The translations under genes and the position numbers were made by a program. A model generated the notes under the pieces. That model worked only from the letters and a program-made list of their open reading frames with translations, was not told where the DNA came from and made no database searches. 64,000 nucleotides of DNA from Trichomonas gallinae (lineage: Eukaryota), in contig MRSU01002291.1 in NCBI GenBank assembly GCA_008369845.1, positions 1 through 64,000 of the forward strand. Reading direction: 5' to 3'. Position 1 is the stretch's first letter. Each line of letters opens with the position of its first letter. Shown in pieces: positions 52,156 to 63,753 of this stretch.

Positions 52156-54291
52156 TCATTCAACTTTCTTTATTAATTTTTCAGCCTTTTCAACTAATTT
52201 CTTCGCCTGGTCAGCTCCAACTTTGGATTCCAAGTATGACATGGCCTTTCTTGCGATGAGTTTCATATCAACTGAGCAGAACTTGTTGAGATATGCAATG
52301 ACCGCAGCAGTGTATATATCCTCATCATCTTTATCAGACTTGAACTTCATTTCATTGATCAATTCTTTCAATGTCTTGAATGAGCCTGATGCAGACTGTT
52401 CTCTTGATATCTTCTCGCAGAAGGACTTCTTGGCTTCTGGAGGTGGAGCAGCTTGTTCGTCTTCAGAGTCAGCTTGTAGCATGCTGTTGCTTGCAGCAAA
52501 TTGGACAAAGTTGTTTGTGTCAAATTGTGCTGCCTTTGCATGTAGCATGCGCGGCATTCTCGCATGAGCAACCCTTGAGAACATCTGGACAGGGACTTCC
52601 ACTTCTATGTGCTGCTGGATGTTTTCATGTTTGGTTTCATCATCATATAAAATCAGGGAAGTATATTTCGTCATCAAGTTAAGCGGCTTCGCGTGTTGGA
52701 CTGTGAAATTCTGGTCTACAACACCATCGTTGGCTGCTCTATTAACTGCTATTGAGTGCAAGAACTTTGTAGAGTCAAGAAGTTCGGCATCTGCAGAAGA
52801 AAGCTTAAATGTTTGTTCGCCCTCAGAAGATTTGCCTTTAATTGTTACTGAGCATTCTTTGTTTTCTCCCATATATGAGAGCTCGAAGTATGAATTGCGT
52901 GGGATAGAAAATGGTGTTAATTGCATCAATTGGCCGCAATCTGACTTAATTTCTAGATTTGATAAAATTGGATTAACGGCATTGTCCAAAAGTCTGATGA
53001 CTGCGCTCTGTATTTCGTCTGAGTTACTCACAAACTCGGAAGTTCCACCGGAAAATCTTGCAATTGAGCGAACAAGATTCATATCTGCTCCAGCACCGAC
53101 ACCAAGGGAGAATATACGTGATTTTGATCTCTTTGTCAGTTCAGTCACCTGCTCGATGTTAGAAACAGCTCCATCTGTGAGTACAAAAACGACTTCTGGT
53201 TGAAGTTCATTCAAAATCTTCGACAATGGCTGGTATATTTCTGTTCCTCCCATATCAGCATTAATGCGACTAACATAAGCATCTGCCTTTGATAAAGATT
53301 CATCGTTATATGGCTGAAGTTTGTAATCATTAAATGATGAGGCCATTGTTCCAAATTTCACAATGTCAAAAGTGCATCCAACAGGAAGTGAGTGCAAGAA
53401 CAGTGGCATTGCCTTTCTAACGTTTGTAATTCTATCATCTAAATTCATTGAACCTGAGCAATCAAGAAGGAAGACAAATGACTTTGGATTAGACTTTGAT
53501 TCCTTGAGGATTTCTAATGGATTAAGTTTGAAGTTGACAACTTGTGATTTTCCAAATATTTCTTTCGTTGATTTAACTTTTTCGTTTAAATAAACTTTGG
53601 CATTGAAGTCATCCGTCGGGACACTGTTAAGAACTATTGTATTTTTGTCTACAACGAATTCTTTCAACTTTGAATTCTCTTCGAGCGTGGAATCTTTAGG
53701 TAGAACGTATTTGAGTTTGAAATTATATGTTGGTCCACCAATCGTGTCCTTTGGTACTTGTTCTGCCTCGATTATCCTATTAGGTGTATATCTCGGGAAT
53801 AGTGTAAGCGGAAGAGTGATTTTATTGTAGAATTTCTCGGTGAGAGGGTCAAAATTGGTTTGTAAAGCTGCATAGAGCGAGAAAGTGATGTCAATATCGG
53901 CACCAGATGGAATCGAACATAAGTGAATAATCATACGATCGCTTTGGCGCTCAATCAATAAGGCTGTTTTATTTTCTGACTTCTTTTCTTGGAAAACATC
54001 AGAAGCTTTGTACTTTTCTTCGGCTCTAGAGATGAAGGTTTTATTATTTGCTGACATAAAAACATCGCTGACAGCCATATCAGTGTCCATTGGCATAGTA
54101 AGCTTTGCATCAACGAGTGTGCCATTGTTTTTGTTGTTGTATTTCAATCTGAAATCAATCTGAAGATTCGCTGATTCTTGTCTCATGTCTATTTCCATTG
54201 ATTTGAGTGGTAGATCATCCGCAGGGACATTGTCTATCTGGAATGGACAGATTAACTTCTCGAACATGCATAACAAGCTCAGTATCAACAT
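52156..54291 (-). CDS. VIT-VWA domain protein (VWA5A-like)
   Basis: N-terminal VIT-like region; FVFLLDCSGSM, DMGGTEI, VLTDGAV, RIFSLGVG; possible short signal peptide. Confidence 0.88.
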   Translation of the reverse strand: MLILSLLCMFEKLICPFQIDNVPADDLPLKSMEIDMRQESANLQIDFRLKYNNKNNGTLVDAKLTMPMDTDMAVSDVFMSANNKTFISRAEEKYKASDVFQEKKSENKTALLIERQSDRMIIHLCSIPSGADIDITFSLYAALQTNFDPLTEKFYNKITLPLTLFPRYTPNRIIEAEQVPKDTIGGPTYNFKLKYVLPKDSTLEENSKLKEFVVDKNTIVLNSVPTDDFNAKVYLNEKVKSTKEIFGKSQVVNFKLNPLEILKESKSNPKSFVFLLDCSGSMNLDDRITNVRKAMPLFLHSLPVGCTFDIVKFGTMASSFNDYKLQPYNDESLSKADAYVSRINADMGGTEIYQPLSKILNELQPEVVFVLTDGAVSNIEQVTELTKRSKSRIFSLGVGAGADMNLVRSIARFSGGTSEFVSNSDEIQSAVIRLLDNAVNPILSNLEIKSDCGQLMQLTPFSIPRNSYFELSYMGENKECSVTIKGKSSEGEQTFKLSSADAELLDSTKFLHSIAVNRAANDGVVDQNFTVQHAKPLNLMTKYTSLILYDDETKHENIQQHIEVEVPVQMFSRVAHARMPRMLHAKAAQFDTNNFVQFAASNSMLQADSEDEQAAPPPEAKKSFCEKISREQSASGSFKTLKELINEMKFKSDKDDEDIYTAAVIAYLNKFCSVDMKLIARKAMSYLESKVGADQAKKLVEKAEKLIKKVE

Positions 54292-54952
54292 GTTAGAAAA
54301 ATGAAAAAATTTTATTTGAGTGAGGTCACTTAATTTATTGAACGAGTATTGAAAATATCATTGTCACTTTTTGCAAAATTTTCGGCATATCTTCTAATTT
54401 CGATATACATCAAAATATCAAAAAACCAATTGACCAAGGAAATATTAAAACAAGTTGTCATGTAAATATCAAACATTATTTTTTACATGTCAATATTCGA
54501 TCATTACACGTCAAAAAATTCAATTCAAGCAATTTGTTCTTGATGAGGGAAGATGTTATATAAGGGCAATATCCCCATCTTACGTTAGTTTTGCGGACCA
54601 TATATATTTTCATAATTACCTGAATATAAAATATTTTGCTTAAATAGAATTTTAGTTAAGAATTGGGTAGTGTAACAAGTTGCTCCTGTGTATGTTTTGG
54701 CTTTTGTTGTTGTCAATGAAAACTATCATAAATGATTGTTTTTTTCAATCCAATTTTCAAATTTTATTATGCAATTTACAATGTTTATAATAAATACTTA
54801 TAATAAATACGATCTTTCCAGTATTTCACGTGATTTTGAGCTTTGATTGGGCAGAATCCAAAATTTCAATAAGAAAAATATTGGATTTGAGGTTTAAAAG
54901 TTTTTAAAAATTCATTAATACTTGTTGTACATGATGTATATCGTAATTAAAA

Positions 54953-56080
54953 ATGAGAAGATTTAATGAGAAAAATTACGGGCGCAAAAGAATTAAAATG
55001 TCTGATTTGTTTGCCGACGAAGGTGACTCTCTTTTTGCGAAAAAGCCCAAAGAGAAGCCTAAAAAACTAGCAGTGACAAATATCAAACCAATTGTACCGA
55101 AACCGCGTCCAGAAGCTAAACCTGCCGAAATTCAAATTAATGCCACTCCTCAAATTCAACAACCAGCGCCGAAACCAGCACCTGTTGAAGTAAATATAGT
55201 TAAACCAGAACCAAAACCAGTAATACAGCAGCCAGTACAGCAGCTAAAACCGCAACAACCAGAAATTGAAGAAGAAGAAATCGAAGAAATAATTATCCCT
55301 GACACCACAACAATCACAGATGTTATGAATGCATTTGATGAAAAATTTGATGCTGTTTTAAGACAAATAAATAAAATCCCTGCAAAAACAAGCAAAATCC
55401 ACCAAACTCTTTATAATTCTAACGACACATTAAACAAGCTTACTGATTTAATACATAATTCGGAAAGAAAAGATCGAAAACTTCAAGAATTACAATATAA
55501 ATTAAATTCGCAAAAAGCAATTGAATCAAATTCATATTCAGACGCCATTGCAACTAAAATGGAAGAACTGGCTGCATTTCAAGCCCGCCACGAATCATGT
55601 CTTGCAGATATTAATTATATCAAACAATACGAAGAAAAGTTGCAGAAACAAGTTCAATCAATTGACAAACAAATAGATAGTCAAATTATTAGACTCAAAG
55701 AGCAAATGAACAGAGAATTTGAATTGTCAAACAAAAATTTGCTTTCTGAGATCAATGATTTGAAAAACACTATGAAGGAATATGACTCCCAGAAGTCAGA
55801 GATAATTTCCAAGATCAATGCAGTCGCACAGGACTCAGCACTAGTGAAAGCAGGAGGAAATGCTGAAGTTGAAAAAATGAAACAGAAAATTGCAGAGCAT
55901 TTGAAGTCTGTTGTCTCTAATATGGCAAATGATATCACTGAAATTGTTAGCTCTAATTTCAAGCCTTCAACAGTTTATGATTCGCATAAAGTTGTTAATG
56001 CAGTAAAATATGCACTCCAAAATGCAGCCGATAGTATTCTTAATCCTGATGACGAAGAGGAAGAAGAAGAGGAGGATTAA
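54953..56080 (+). CDS. Pro-rich/coiled-coil protein with acidic tail
   Basis: 375-aa ORF; the real start may be ATG 54998 (MSDLFADEGDSLF). Confidence 0.75.
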   Translation: MRRFNEKNYGRKRIKMSDLFADEGDSLFAKKPKEKPKKLAVTNIKPIVPKPRPEAKPAEIQINATPQIQQPAPKPAPVEVNIVKPEPKPVIQQPVQQLKPQQPEIEEEEIEEIIIPDTTTITDVMNAFDEKFDAVLRQINKIPAKTSKIHQTLYNSNDTLNKLTDLIHNSERKDRKLQELQYKLNSQKAIESNSYSDAIATKMEELAAFQARHESCLADINYIKQYEEKLQKQVQSIDKQIDSQIIRLKEQMNREFELSNKNLLSEINDLKNTMKEYDSQKSEIISKINAVAQDSALVKAGGNAEVEKMKQKIAEHLKSVVSNMANDITEIVSSNFKPSTVYDSHKVVNAVKYALQNAADSILNPDDEEEEEEED

Positions 56081-56200
56081 TTTGTTTTATATGATTAAAT
56101 CTTTAGTATAACTGTTTTTCTAACTATAAACAATAGAAAATATTTACTAAACATAATAAAATAAAACAATACATAACAATGAATATATCAAAAAACAAAA

Positions 56201-57163
56201 TTATACGTTTTCATCCGGCTTTTGCGACTTAGTTTCAGGTATATTTATGAATTCTACAGACCTTGTCCTTGACTGTGCCAGAGTATTTGGTATATCTTCA
56301 AGATTGATTGGCCCTTCTGCATTATCTTCATTCTTTCGATTAATATTGATCTTAATAAGAACTGATATGGTGACTATAGTCGAAATAAATATAAAAGCGC
56401 TGAAAGCGACAAAGAACCATTCTAAATGATTCCATATTGAATTAAATCCTGTGATAAGAGGTATTCTCAGTGACTGCGAAAAGTTGCTCTGCCTAATAAA
56501 TGTTACACCGTCATAAAAAGAGACTCCACCGGATGCTATACCTTTCGTTAAATATTTGTGTAACCAAAAAGCAGTTCCAGCAATGATTCTGATATCAATT
56601 GGAACATATTGGGAGTCTCTTATTTGTAGAATAACTGGAGACTTAATCAAATAGGCATCTAGAGTAGTTCTTCGCAATTCAACTGTTTTCAGTTCATCAT
56701 CTTCATAATCATAATATTCAAAACGTGCAGCTAGACCAATTCGAGAATGATTCATCTTTTCAACAAGAATTTTTGTGTTTTTGCCGAAATCAAAGTATAC
56801 AGTATAAGATTCTCCAAGAGTTCTATGTGGAATTCTAAATACCACTCCAGCTGCATCATTGACGTAATATGCACTAAAGTGGCCTCTGTTGTGATGCCAA
56901 AAGGAAATTGGACAAGCGTCTGTTTGACACGCAATTTTAACATTACTACCTTCAAACAATGCAAAGTTGCCCGGATTTATCGTTAGTGTATTGTCATTGA
57001 TATCTGTGACAGTAGCAGGGTATTTTGATGACGTATGTAGATAAATGCCTGTACGAGCAGTACCAGAAAACGATGAATTGATAGTTTGCAGTATGCATCG
57101 TCCGAATATCGTTGTTGTATAGTTCTCTCTGCATGGCAGCCAGACTGCCAAGAGGAAAAACAT
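56201..57163 (-). CDS. Type I membrane/surface protein
   Basis: Short hydrophobic N-terminus MFFLLAVWL; transmembrane segment WFFVAFSAFIFISTIVTISVLI. Confidence 0.75.
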   Translation of the reverse strand: MFFLLAVWLPCRENYTTTIFGRCILQTINSSFSGTARTGIYLHTSSKYPATVTDINDNTLTINPGNFALFEGSNVKIACQTDACPISFWHHNRGHFSAYYVNDAAGVVFRIPHRTLGESYTVYFDFGKNTKILVEKMNHSRIGLAARFEYYDYEDDELKTVELRRTTLDAYLIKSPVILQIRDSQYVPIDIRIIAGTAFWLHKYLTKGIASGGVSFYDGVTFIRQSNFSQSLRIPLITGFNSIWNHLEWFFVAFSAFIFISTIVTISVLIKININRKNEDNAEGPINLEDIPNTLAQSRTRSVEFINIPETKSQKPDENV

Positions 57164-57733
57164 TCAATTGAATATAAATCTGGCACTTTTGCTGGTATCA
57201 TGCCCAAATATTCACCGCAATGATACAGATTATAAAAAATAACGATCGTATTTACAAAAATTTATTCATTTGAAAATATTTTGTAAAGAATTTTTTTTGG
57301 GTCGTAAAACATATATCAGGGGGTTGTATTCAAATGACAAATTCTCGACTATAAGATGTACTCATAATTATTAATATTATATGAAAATTTTGGTTATGGT
57401 CAAATTTTATATAAATTTTTCAACGAAAAGGAATTTTAATAAATATAAATTTGAACATATTAAAACATAGCCCATGATGAAATATACACATATTTTAAAT
57501 CACGAGTAAAAATATGAGGTTTTATTTATATGTCAATTATTTCCGGTGATTAATAAAATAATGGATGTTAAACTCATAGAAATCAGGAGAGTATCTCATG
57601 TATTATCATAACGATGCATTTATATTTCCAAATTCATATTGTTTCTCATGATAATAAACAAGTTTAGGTATGATAGAATTAGTTAGGGTCTAACAATTTT
57701 TATTAGGGGACCGACACGTTTTTTAGAGAAACA

Positions 57734-58078
57734 ATGGCATCTAACCTAAATGATTTTAGTGGCAACTATGAAGAGCTTAGTAATGCAGTTATAAATAGCA
57801 ACGGACTTATTGTTGTGATTTTCTATGCTGAATGGTGCCCAACATGTAAATTTTTATTAGAGTCATTCCCTGCAATTGCGAAAGAATTTCCTAAAGTCGC
57901 ATTTTTCAAAGCGAATATTGATGAGGGTTCAGATTTAGTAGCTCATTTCGGAATTTGCTCAGTTCCTCAAATATTATTTATGAAAGCAAACACAGGCCAG
58001 GTACAACAATTAGGAAATGTACTAGGTGCAGATTTACATCAAATTAAAGCTAAACTTCAGCAATTTTCAGAAAAATAA
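57734..58078 (+). CDS. Thioredoxin-family protein
   Basis: VVIFYAEWCPTCK active-site motif and cis-Pro motif ICSVPQ. Confidence 0.88.
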   Translation: MASNLNDFSGNYEELSNAVINSNGLIVVIFYAEWCPTCKFLLESFPAIAKEFPKVAFFKANIDEGSDLVAHFGICSVPQILFMKANTGQVQQLGNVLGADLHQIKAKLQQFSEK

Positions 58079-58872
58079 TTTGAAATACAACTTTAGCTCA
58101 TTTTTCTCCATGATGTTCCATTCTACTGTTTATAAACGTTGTTTACTTCATTATTAACAAATCTCATTTTTTATATTATCGATATTATAAATCAAAAATA
58201 AATTATTAAACACAATATAATATTAGTAGTAAGACATTTTATTATAATACTATATTATAGTTAAACAATTTTTTAATATTATTTTATTGATCAAAAAAGT
58301 TGAAAAGTATTCCGCTATAAGTATAAAAATGCAACTGCTATCAGCTAATAGACGTTTCAATGTATTTCTAGCAAAAAAATTTTATAGGCGTTTATCAAAA
58401 ATGAATTGAGTATTATAAGTGATTGGTAACTATTAGACTTGTTTAAAACACATCCACATCCTGAGTACTTCATCCGAGGTTTTTATATACAAGATGAATA
58501 GGGTAAATTACTCGTATTTGAATGATGCTCACAAAAAAACCGATAATTTAAATACATAGTAAGGTTCTTATTCAATTTTTATATTAAGTAGTCTTGTTAT
58601 AGGTTATATAGAATAAAAATGATTGCGATCATGAATTGTAAAGTTTACACCGGTAATCGAAAATTTTTTAATAATCGAAAATTATCGGTTTTAATCATAT
58701 TTTATAGTTTAAAATCATTTGATATATAGATTTATTAATAAAAATTCTAGATTTTTGAAAAATGATGAATTTTGAATTTTTTGGTGATACCATGATATGG
58801 CGATTGATTTTTGAATAGCAAATTTTTCATGTTTTCAAAACTGATCGTGAATTTTTATTTTTCAAAAAAATT

Positions 58873-59814
58873 ATGTTCGGAATCTTTTCTTTATTTTCAG
58901 CCCAAGAGCGTTTGAGTTTCACGGAGTTGGGTGCATACAAGTTCTCCAAGAAGATACACAATGAGATTACACTCAACTTTCATGTTGCACAAACTTCATT
59001 TTTTCCCTTAAATCCATCTGACTTCGAATTTGAGCTTCAGTTACCAGATAACACGAAAATGTCAATCATGGTGGACAAAGGATTCACTCGCCGTGGTGAT
59101 TTTTCACTCACAATCAAACCGAAAAATAAATCTCATTTTAAATGCATGTTTTACCTTAGCCCAGTGTGTGATGATCTCATATACACTAATTCCACTGATC
59201 TGGATTTATCACTTTCACGCAAATATAGTAAATATTCACAATCATTTTGTATTATGGATGGTTCCGAACAAAAAATTACATATGTATTCGATTCAGATGT
59301 AAAGCCAGAACAAAGGATAGTCAAATTATATGATCAGAAAAATAATCGTAAGAATAAGAAATCTAAACAGAATAGTATCTTCTTTTATCATGTTACACTT
59401 AATGATGTTACAGATTCATCATATTTCCAGATCAAAGCTACTACAAACTCTGTTAATTCTTATTCTCATGTTTTCAATGCAGTGTCAAGTTCCGACTCTA
59501 CAGTATTTTTCACTCCAATGTCAGTATCTAACCCAAGTTCAAGTTCTTTCACAAAACAAACGCCTCAAGATTATCAACCATCATATGAAGATTATGGATT
59601 AGAATTTCTTTTCGAAGAATTCTCCCATTGGATCTACCTATTTGCATTAGTGTTTGCGGTTGCTTTCATTGTTTTTGCTTTTATTTATTGCTGCAAGTCC
59701 AAAATTGCAAAGAAGCAAGATGATCTTGCAATTCCTCCTGTTATATCCCCACAGGCTGTATATTATCATCCAAGCCCTGTTTATGTTATTTATCAAGACC
59801 CACAGCAAGTCTAA
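58873..59814 (+). CDS. Type I membrane protein with Pro/Tyr-rich cytosolic tail
   Basis: MFGIFSLFSA leader; transmembrane WIYLFALVFAVAFIVFAFIYCC; tail IPPVISPQAVYYHPSPVY. Confidence 0.78.
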   Translation: MFGIFSLFSAQERLSFTELGAYKFSKKIHNEITLNFHVAQTSFFPLNPSDFEFELQLPDNTKMSIMVDKGFTRRGDFSLTIKPKNKSHFKCMFYLSPVCDDLIYTNSTDLDLSLSRKYSKYSQSFCIMDGSEQKITYVFDSDVKPEQRIVKLYDQKNNRKNKKSKQNSIFFYHVTLNDVTDSSYFQIKATTNSVNSYSHVFNAVSSSDSTVFFTPMSVSNPSSSSFTKQTPQDYQPSYEDYGLEFLFEEFSHWIYLFALVFAVAFIVFAFIYCCKSKIAKKQDDLAIPPVISPQAVYYHPSPVYVIYQDPQQV

Positions 59815-60365
59815 TTAATAAACCTGTTTTTTATCTTTTGTTAATCGTGGTTTTTATTTATGATTATGCAATGTTATGACTTTCTTGTTCGATTTGTATC
59901 TCGATATATTCGATAACCTTTGAAGCGGATCATGCGGAATTTGATCATCGACAAATCGACCAAAGAGTAGTTAGTTTATAATAGATAATCATTTATATAT
60001 ATAAAATATGAACTGATTGCGCAAATTAGTGCATATTTTGCAGATTTTTTAAAATGAAGTTTTTAAATGATCAAAACATTAGCCTTGTATGTTATCATTT
60101 GTGAAATTATGGTTAATTTTTAACTATCAGCGGATCAATTTTATTAAAAAATTTCGAGTCGATTATTGAGCTTTTATTCTCTTGTTCCACGATTACACTA
60201 GATGTTCTTAAGTTGTAGTAGGAAAATCTAAGACAAAATACCATAAGATCGGCGATTTCAAAATCGATTTTAAATTATTTGTTGTTATTATTTTTGTTTG
60301 TCATTATTGCTCATAATTTTTAAAATAAATAACAAAAATAGGGTTTATAGTTATCACCTTTTTTA

Positions 60366-60696
60366 TTGGAATCACCATGACTTTGTGATTCGAATAAAGT
60401 TGAATTTGGAATAATGCTATAATTTGAAATAATGAATTTTATTCCAAATGCCGAATACGTCCAAAAAGTGACAATGTACGCATAATCAAATTATTTGGAA
60501 TTACCAATAGTTTGGAATTAGGAAAAAAAAATACAAAATTTGGAGAAAGTTTTCAATTGGAATTAAAGAAGCATTTGGAATAACCGCCAAACGGTTGGAA
60601 TGAGAATCTTTTATTCCTAATTCCCATAAAAACGGTGATGACTATAAACCCCAATATCATTAACCTTATTTTTCAAGAAAAAAATTATTTTGGAAT
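60366..60696. repeat. Cluster of nine TTGGAAT motifs
   Basis: Forward copies at 60366, 60406, 60495, 60512, 60557, 60575, 60595 and 60690; reverse copy at 60441. Confidence 0.7.
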
Positions 60697-60777
60697 TAGG
60701 TTTCATTTGGTTAGAAAATGATTATTAGTATTTATCAATTTTTTGGAAAATCTTTTTATTTTTTTATATTTTTTGTC

Positions 60778-62172
60778 ATGTTTCGAAACTCATCAATTTC
60801 TGATTTTTCTTATACATATCAGCGAGAATCTCTCTACGTGAAAGGGATCCCGCTGTGTGGTAAGAATAATTACGGCGCAGCAATCTTTTTCGTCGCGATG
60901 TTATTTCCAGTTGTTTTATTTCACCTTCTGGCAATCCGAAAACCACATCATCCTCTTGCTGGAACAATAGTTTCTATAGTTCAGAACATTTATTTCTCGT
61001 ATCTTTTTATTTCATTTTTCTGTTATATCAGACATACCGTAACATCGCCAGGATTCAGCATTATTTTTGCAGGAATTCTCATACCAGTATCGATTATCAC
61101 TAACTATTGGTTTTTCTACAGAAGAGGAGATAAAAAAGGATTAACAAGTGCAACTAAGTACAGACGCATGATGTTTGATTACTACTACATAGGAAAGCAT
61201 AAATTATCACAGGAGACGAAGATCCAAGTGGTTAATACAAAAAATGTTGCTCATCCTGATACATTCGTTGAAGACGTCCTAAAAGAAGCAGTATATGGAC
61301 CGCCAAAAATATTCGTACGTAATTATTATCTATTAAAGAAAGGTTGTTTTTTATATGTTCCATATGGTTCATGGACCCCGCTTTCATCGCCTACACTCGA
61401 CTATAAGAAGGGATCCATCATGATTTTCAAGTTTAATCACCAATTTCAAGTAGATGAAGAATTGCATAACAAGATTAACGTATATATTGAAGGTCTGAAG
61501 TTTGTTCAATTGAGATACTACGGTGTCGACTTCAACACTGAATATTGCAATCTGAAAGTTGTCAATCAAGTAGGAAATTTGGCACAAACTATGGTTATTG
61601 GTAATAAATCATGGTTTATGTCTTTCTTGAACAGCAAATTTGGCAACATAATATTCATTATCGCGCATTTCTTTGGTTTTTCAATCATTTTTGATGATAT
61701 TTTCGGATTATTGTCGCAAACAACTGAAATAACAACTAATAGGACAATTGCCATTGATGATAGTGAAAAGAATCGAAAATATAAAGCAGATGCTGAAGGA
61801 GGAGTTGATATTGATGATCCAGGCAAAGATATGCTACATGTTAAGCAAATATACGAATATTTCAAGAGCATTGGCTACATTGCACGTCGTAATAGAGATA
61901 GAGCACATGACAGCGTCCAAATACATAGAAATGATGAATATTATGCAAATCAAATTCCAGATAGTTTCACTCCAAATGTCAAATCATGCATGCCACCAAA
62001 GCTTCGTTCAACATCCACTTTTGACGACAGACATGCTATTCGTCCGCCTCCATCTATACCTTTAAGCAACAGAGATAGTTCTTCAGATGTGAAGAATGAA
62101 GATGAAAATAATTACGAAAATAATGTAGAAGAAGAACCCAAACCGTTTACTAACCCTTATGATGATATGTAG
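60778..62172 (+). CDS. Multi-pass membrane protein, possibly TMEM151-like
   Basis: Three N-terminal hydrophobic segments plus one C-terminal; GPPKIFVRNYY...PYGSW segment. Start is ATG 60718 or 60778. Confidence 0.6.
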   Translation: MFRNSSISDFSYTYQRESLYVKGIPLCGKNNYGAAIFFVAMLFPVVLFHLLAIRKPHHPLAGTIVSIVQNIYFSYLFISFFCYIRHTVTSPGFSIIFAGILIPVSIITNYWFFYRRGDKKGLTSATKYRRMMFDYYYIGKHKLSQETKIQVVNTKNVAHPDTFVEDVLKEAVYGPPKIFVRNYYLLKKGCFLYVPYGSWTPLSSPTLDYKKGSIMIFKFNHQFQVDEELHNKINVYIEGLKFVQLRYYGVDFNTEYCNLKVVNQVGNLAQTMVIGNKSWFMSFLNSKFGNIIFIIAHFFGFSIIFDDIFGLLSQTTEITTNRTIAIDDSEKNRKYKADAEGGVDIDDPGKDMLHVKQIYEYFKSIGYIARRNRDRAHDSVQIHRNDEYYANQIPDSFTPNVKSCMPPKLRSTSTFDDRHAIRPPPSIPLSNRDSSSDVKNEDENNYENNVEEEPKPFTNPYDDM

Positions 62173-62460
62173 CATCCTCAAACTATTTTTGCGAATTATT
62201 TGTTTTTAATTTAAATATTATTTTATTTAACTATGATAATATTTATGAGTCTCAAACATTGATATATATTTAAACAATAGAAAGCTTGAATCAATGAAAA
62301 TATATTTTTGAATTTTTTTATAGCAATTTGCTAAAATCATTATGAATTTTATGGTTATTTGCGAAGATAATTATTAATCATATTTAATATGGTTTCATTC
62401 TTTAAGATATAAAAAAAAATTAAATATTAGCTAATTTTACAAAAATATATATAAAATAAG

Positions 62461-63243
62461 TTAAGCGAAAGAAGAAATTTGAATGGCTAAATCAACAAAT
62501 CTTTCCACGGCTTTTTCTGTTAATTTTGTTTTTCCTTCTCCATTATTAACAAAGAATGTGACGTAACCGTTATCATCAAATTTCCAACCCCTCTTAGAAG
62601 CAAATATTTGGACGTCCTCATTTGAATTAAAATGCATTAATTTTTGAATTTGATTAATATGTAATTTTTCGTAGGATTTCTCTATTGAATCTGCGTGGTT
62701 GTTTCTTATGTTGTTGAGCAAATCTGTTGTAAAGTGATTAAAGAGTTCTGAAGGCGGAGATGCAACAAGAGTGAATAATGTTGAAAACGAGTTATCTGCT
62801 AATAATCGATATACCTCAGAGACGTATGATAAGTATTTGTTGTCTTTAATTATATCTTTTGCGTGCTGAAATTCGATTTGAAATTCGGAAGACTCATTGA
62901 TAGAAAGGAGATGGATTAAATTGATTGATACAAGGAGTGGCATTCTTTCTGATGTTGGTAATTCTGGGGAATTGAAATAATATATTCTTAATTGCGTCAT
63001 TGCGCGTGAGAAGTCAGAAATTGCTCTGGTTTTAATGCTTACAATTGCATCATACTCAAGCAAAGTTCTAAAGTTAACTCTCTCTGTTATACTAAGAGTT
63101 GATTCTTGATTGGTCAGATAAAGTGCATCTACAAGCGCAATTTTTAGATCAGCAATGAGACTGGCGGCCCTTTTAACATCAAATGAGCCCTCAGTCTCTA
63201 TAAGAGATTTTAATACATCAAACTTTTGTTGAAATAATTCCAT
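62461..63243 (-). CDS. RPN12: 26S proteasome lid subunit Rpn12/PSMD8
   Basis: LKIAL, RTLLEY, FSRAMTQLRIYY, INLIHLLS, IRNNHADSIEKSY, FASKRGW. M2-like AAAGTGAC upstream at 63274-63267. Confidence 0.88.
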   Translation of the reverse strand: MELFQQKFDVLKSLIETEGSFDVKRAASLIADLKIALVDALYLTNQESTLSITERVNFRTLLEYDAIVSIKTRAISDFSRAMTQLRIYYFNSPELPTSERMPLLVSINLIHLLSINESSEFQIEFQHAKDIIKDNKYLSYVSEVYRLLADNSFSTLFTLVASPPSELFNHFTTDLLNNIRNNHADSIEKSYEKLHINQIQKLMHFNSNEDVQIFASKRGWKFDDNGYVTFFVNNGEGKTKLTEKAVERFVDLAIQISSFA

Positions 63244-63492
63244 ACAAATGTCACCTTTTTACGATTGTCACTTTTTATTTCTTTTCCTTGATTTTAGTAA
63301 TTTTAAAATATCCATGGTCTAATAAACACAATGATAAGGTTTTGAAGCCGAAAAAATTAGGTTTTAATAGACCAATTTATTTTTAAGAGAGTTTTGAGGC
63401 TGAAATGATAAGTATTAAAAGAGGTAGAGGTTACAATTAAACATTTTTATTCATTTTCAATCTATCAAGAACTGTATAACTAATAATATGTT

Positions 63493-63753
63493 TTATGCGT
63501 TGACACGTGGGCGGATTTCGACCTGGTCAGCGAGGTTGATGCGACCACCTGTTGGTGTAGCAAGTGGTGTCTGGCAGTTCTTGCAGTAAACTGGAACATT
63601 AGAATGAGAAAATGCTGTTGTGAGGGCTGTGCAGGATGGGCAGCGAAGAGAGAGGAACTCGGAACGTGGATTTGGAACGAGTGTCATCTTCTTGTTCTTG
63701 TGAGCCTCCTGCTCAACAGATGGGTGAAGGATATCGACATCGAGTGTGGTCAT
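63493..63753 (-). CDS. RPS27: 40S ribosomal protein eS27
   Basis: DILHPS...HKNKKMTLVPNPRSEF...CPSC...FSHS...CKNC...LATPTGG. ATG 63753; M3-like TACGGTTA at 63786-63779. Confidence 0.95.
   Translation of the reverse strand: MTTLDVDILHPSVEQEAHKNKKMTLVPNPRSEFLSLRCPSCTALTTAFSHSNVPVYCKNCQTPLATPTGGRINLADQVEIRPRVNA

Noticed and set aside
49803..54291. Vault-RNA interpretation of the structured element because a VIT-VWA gene is nearby
   Set aside because: Only a weak B-box-like GGTTCTATACT, no A box, and the VIT-VWA protein has no PARP domain; proximity is not evidence.
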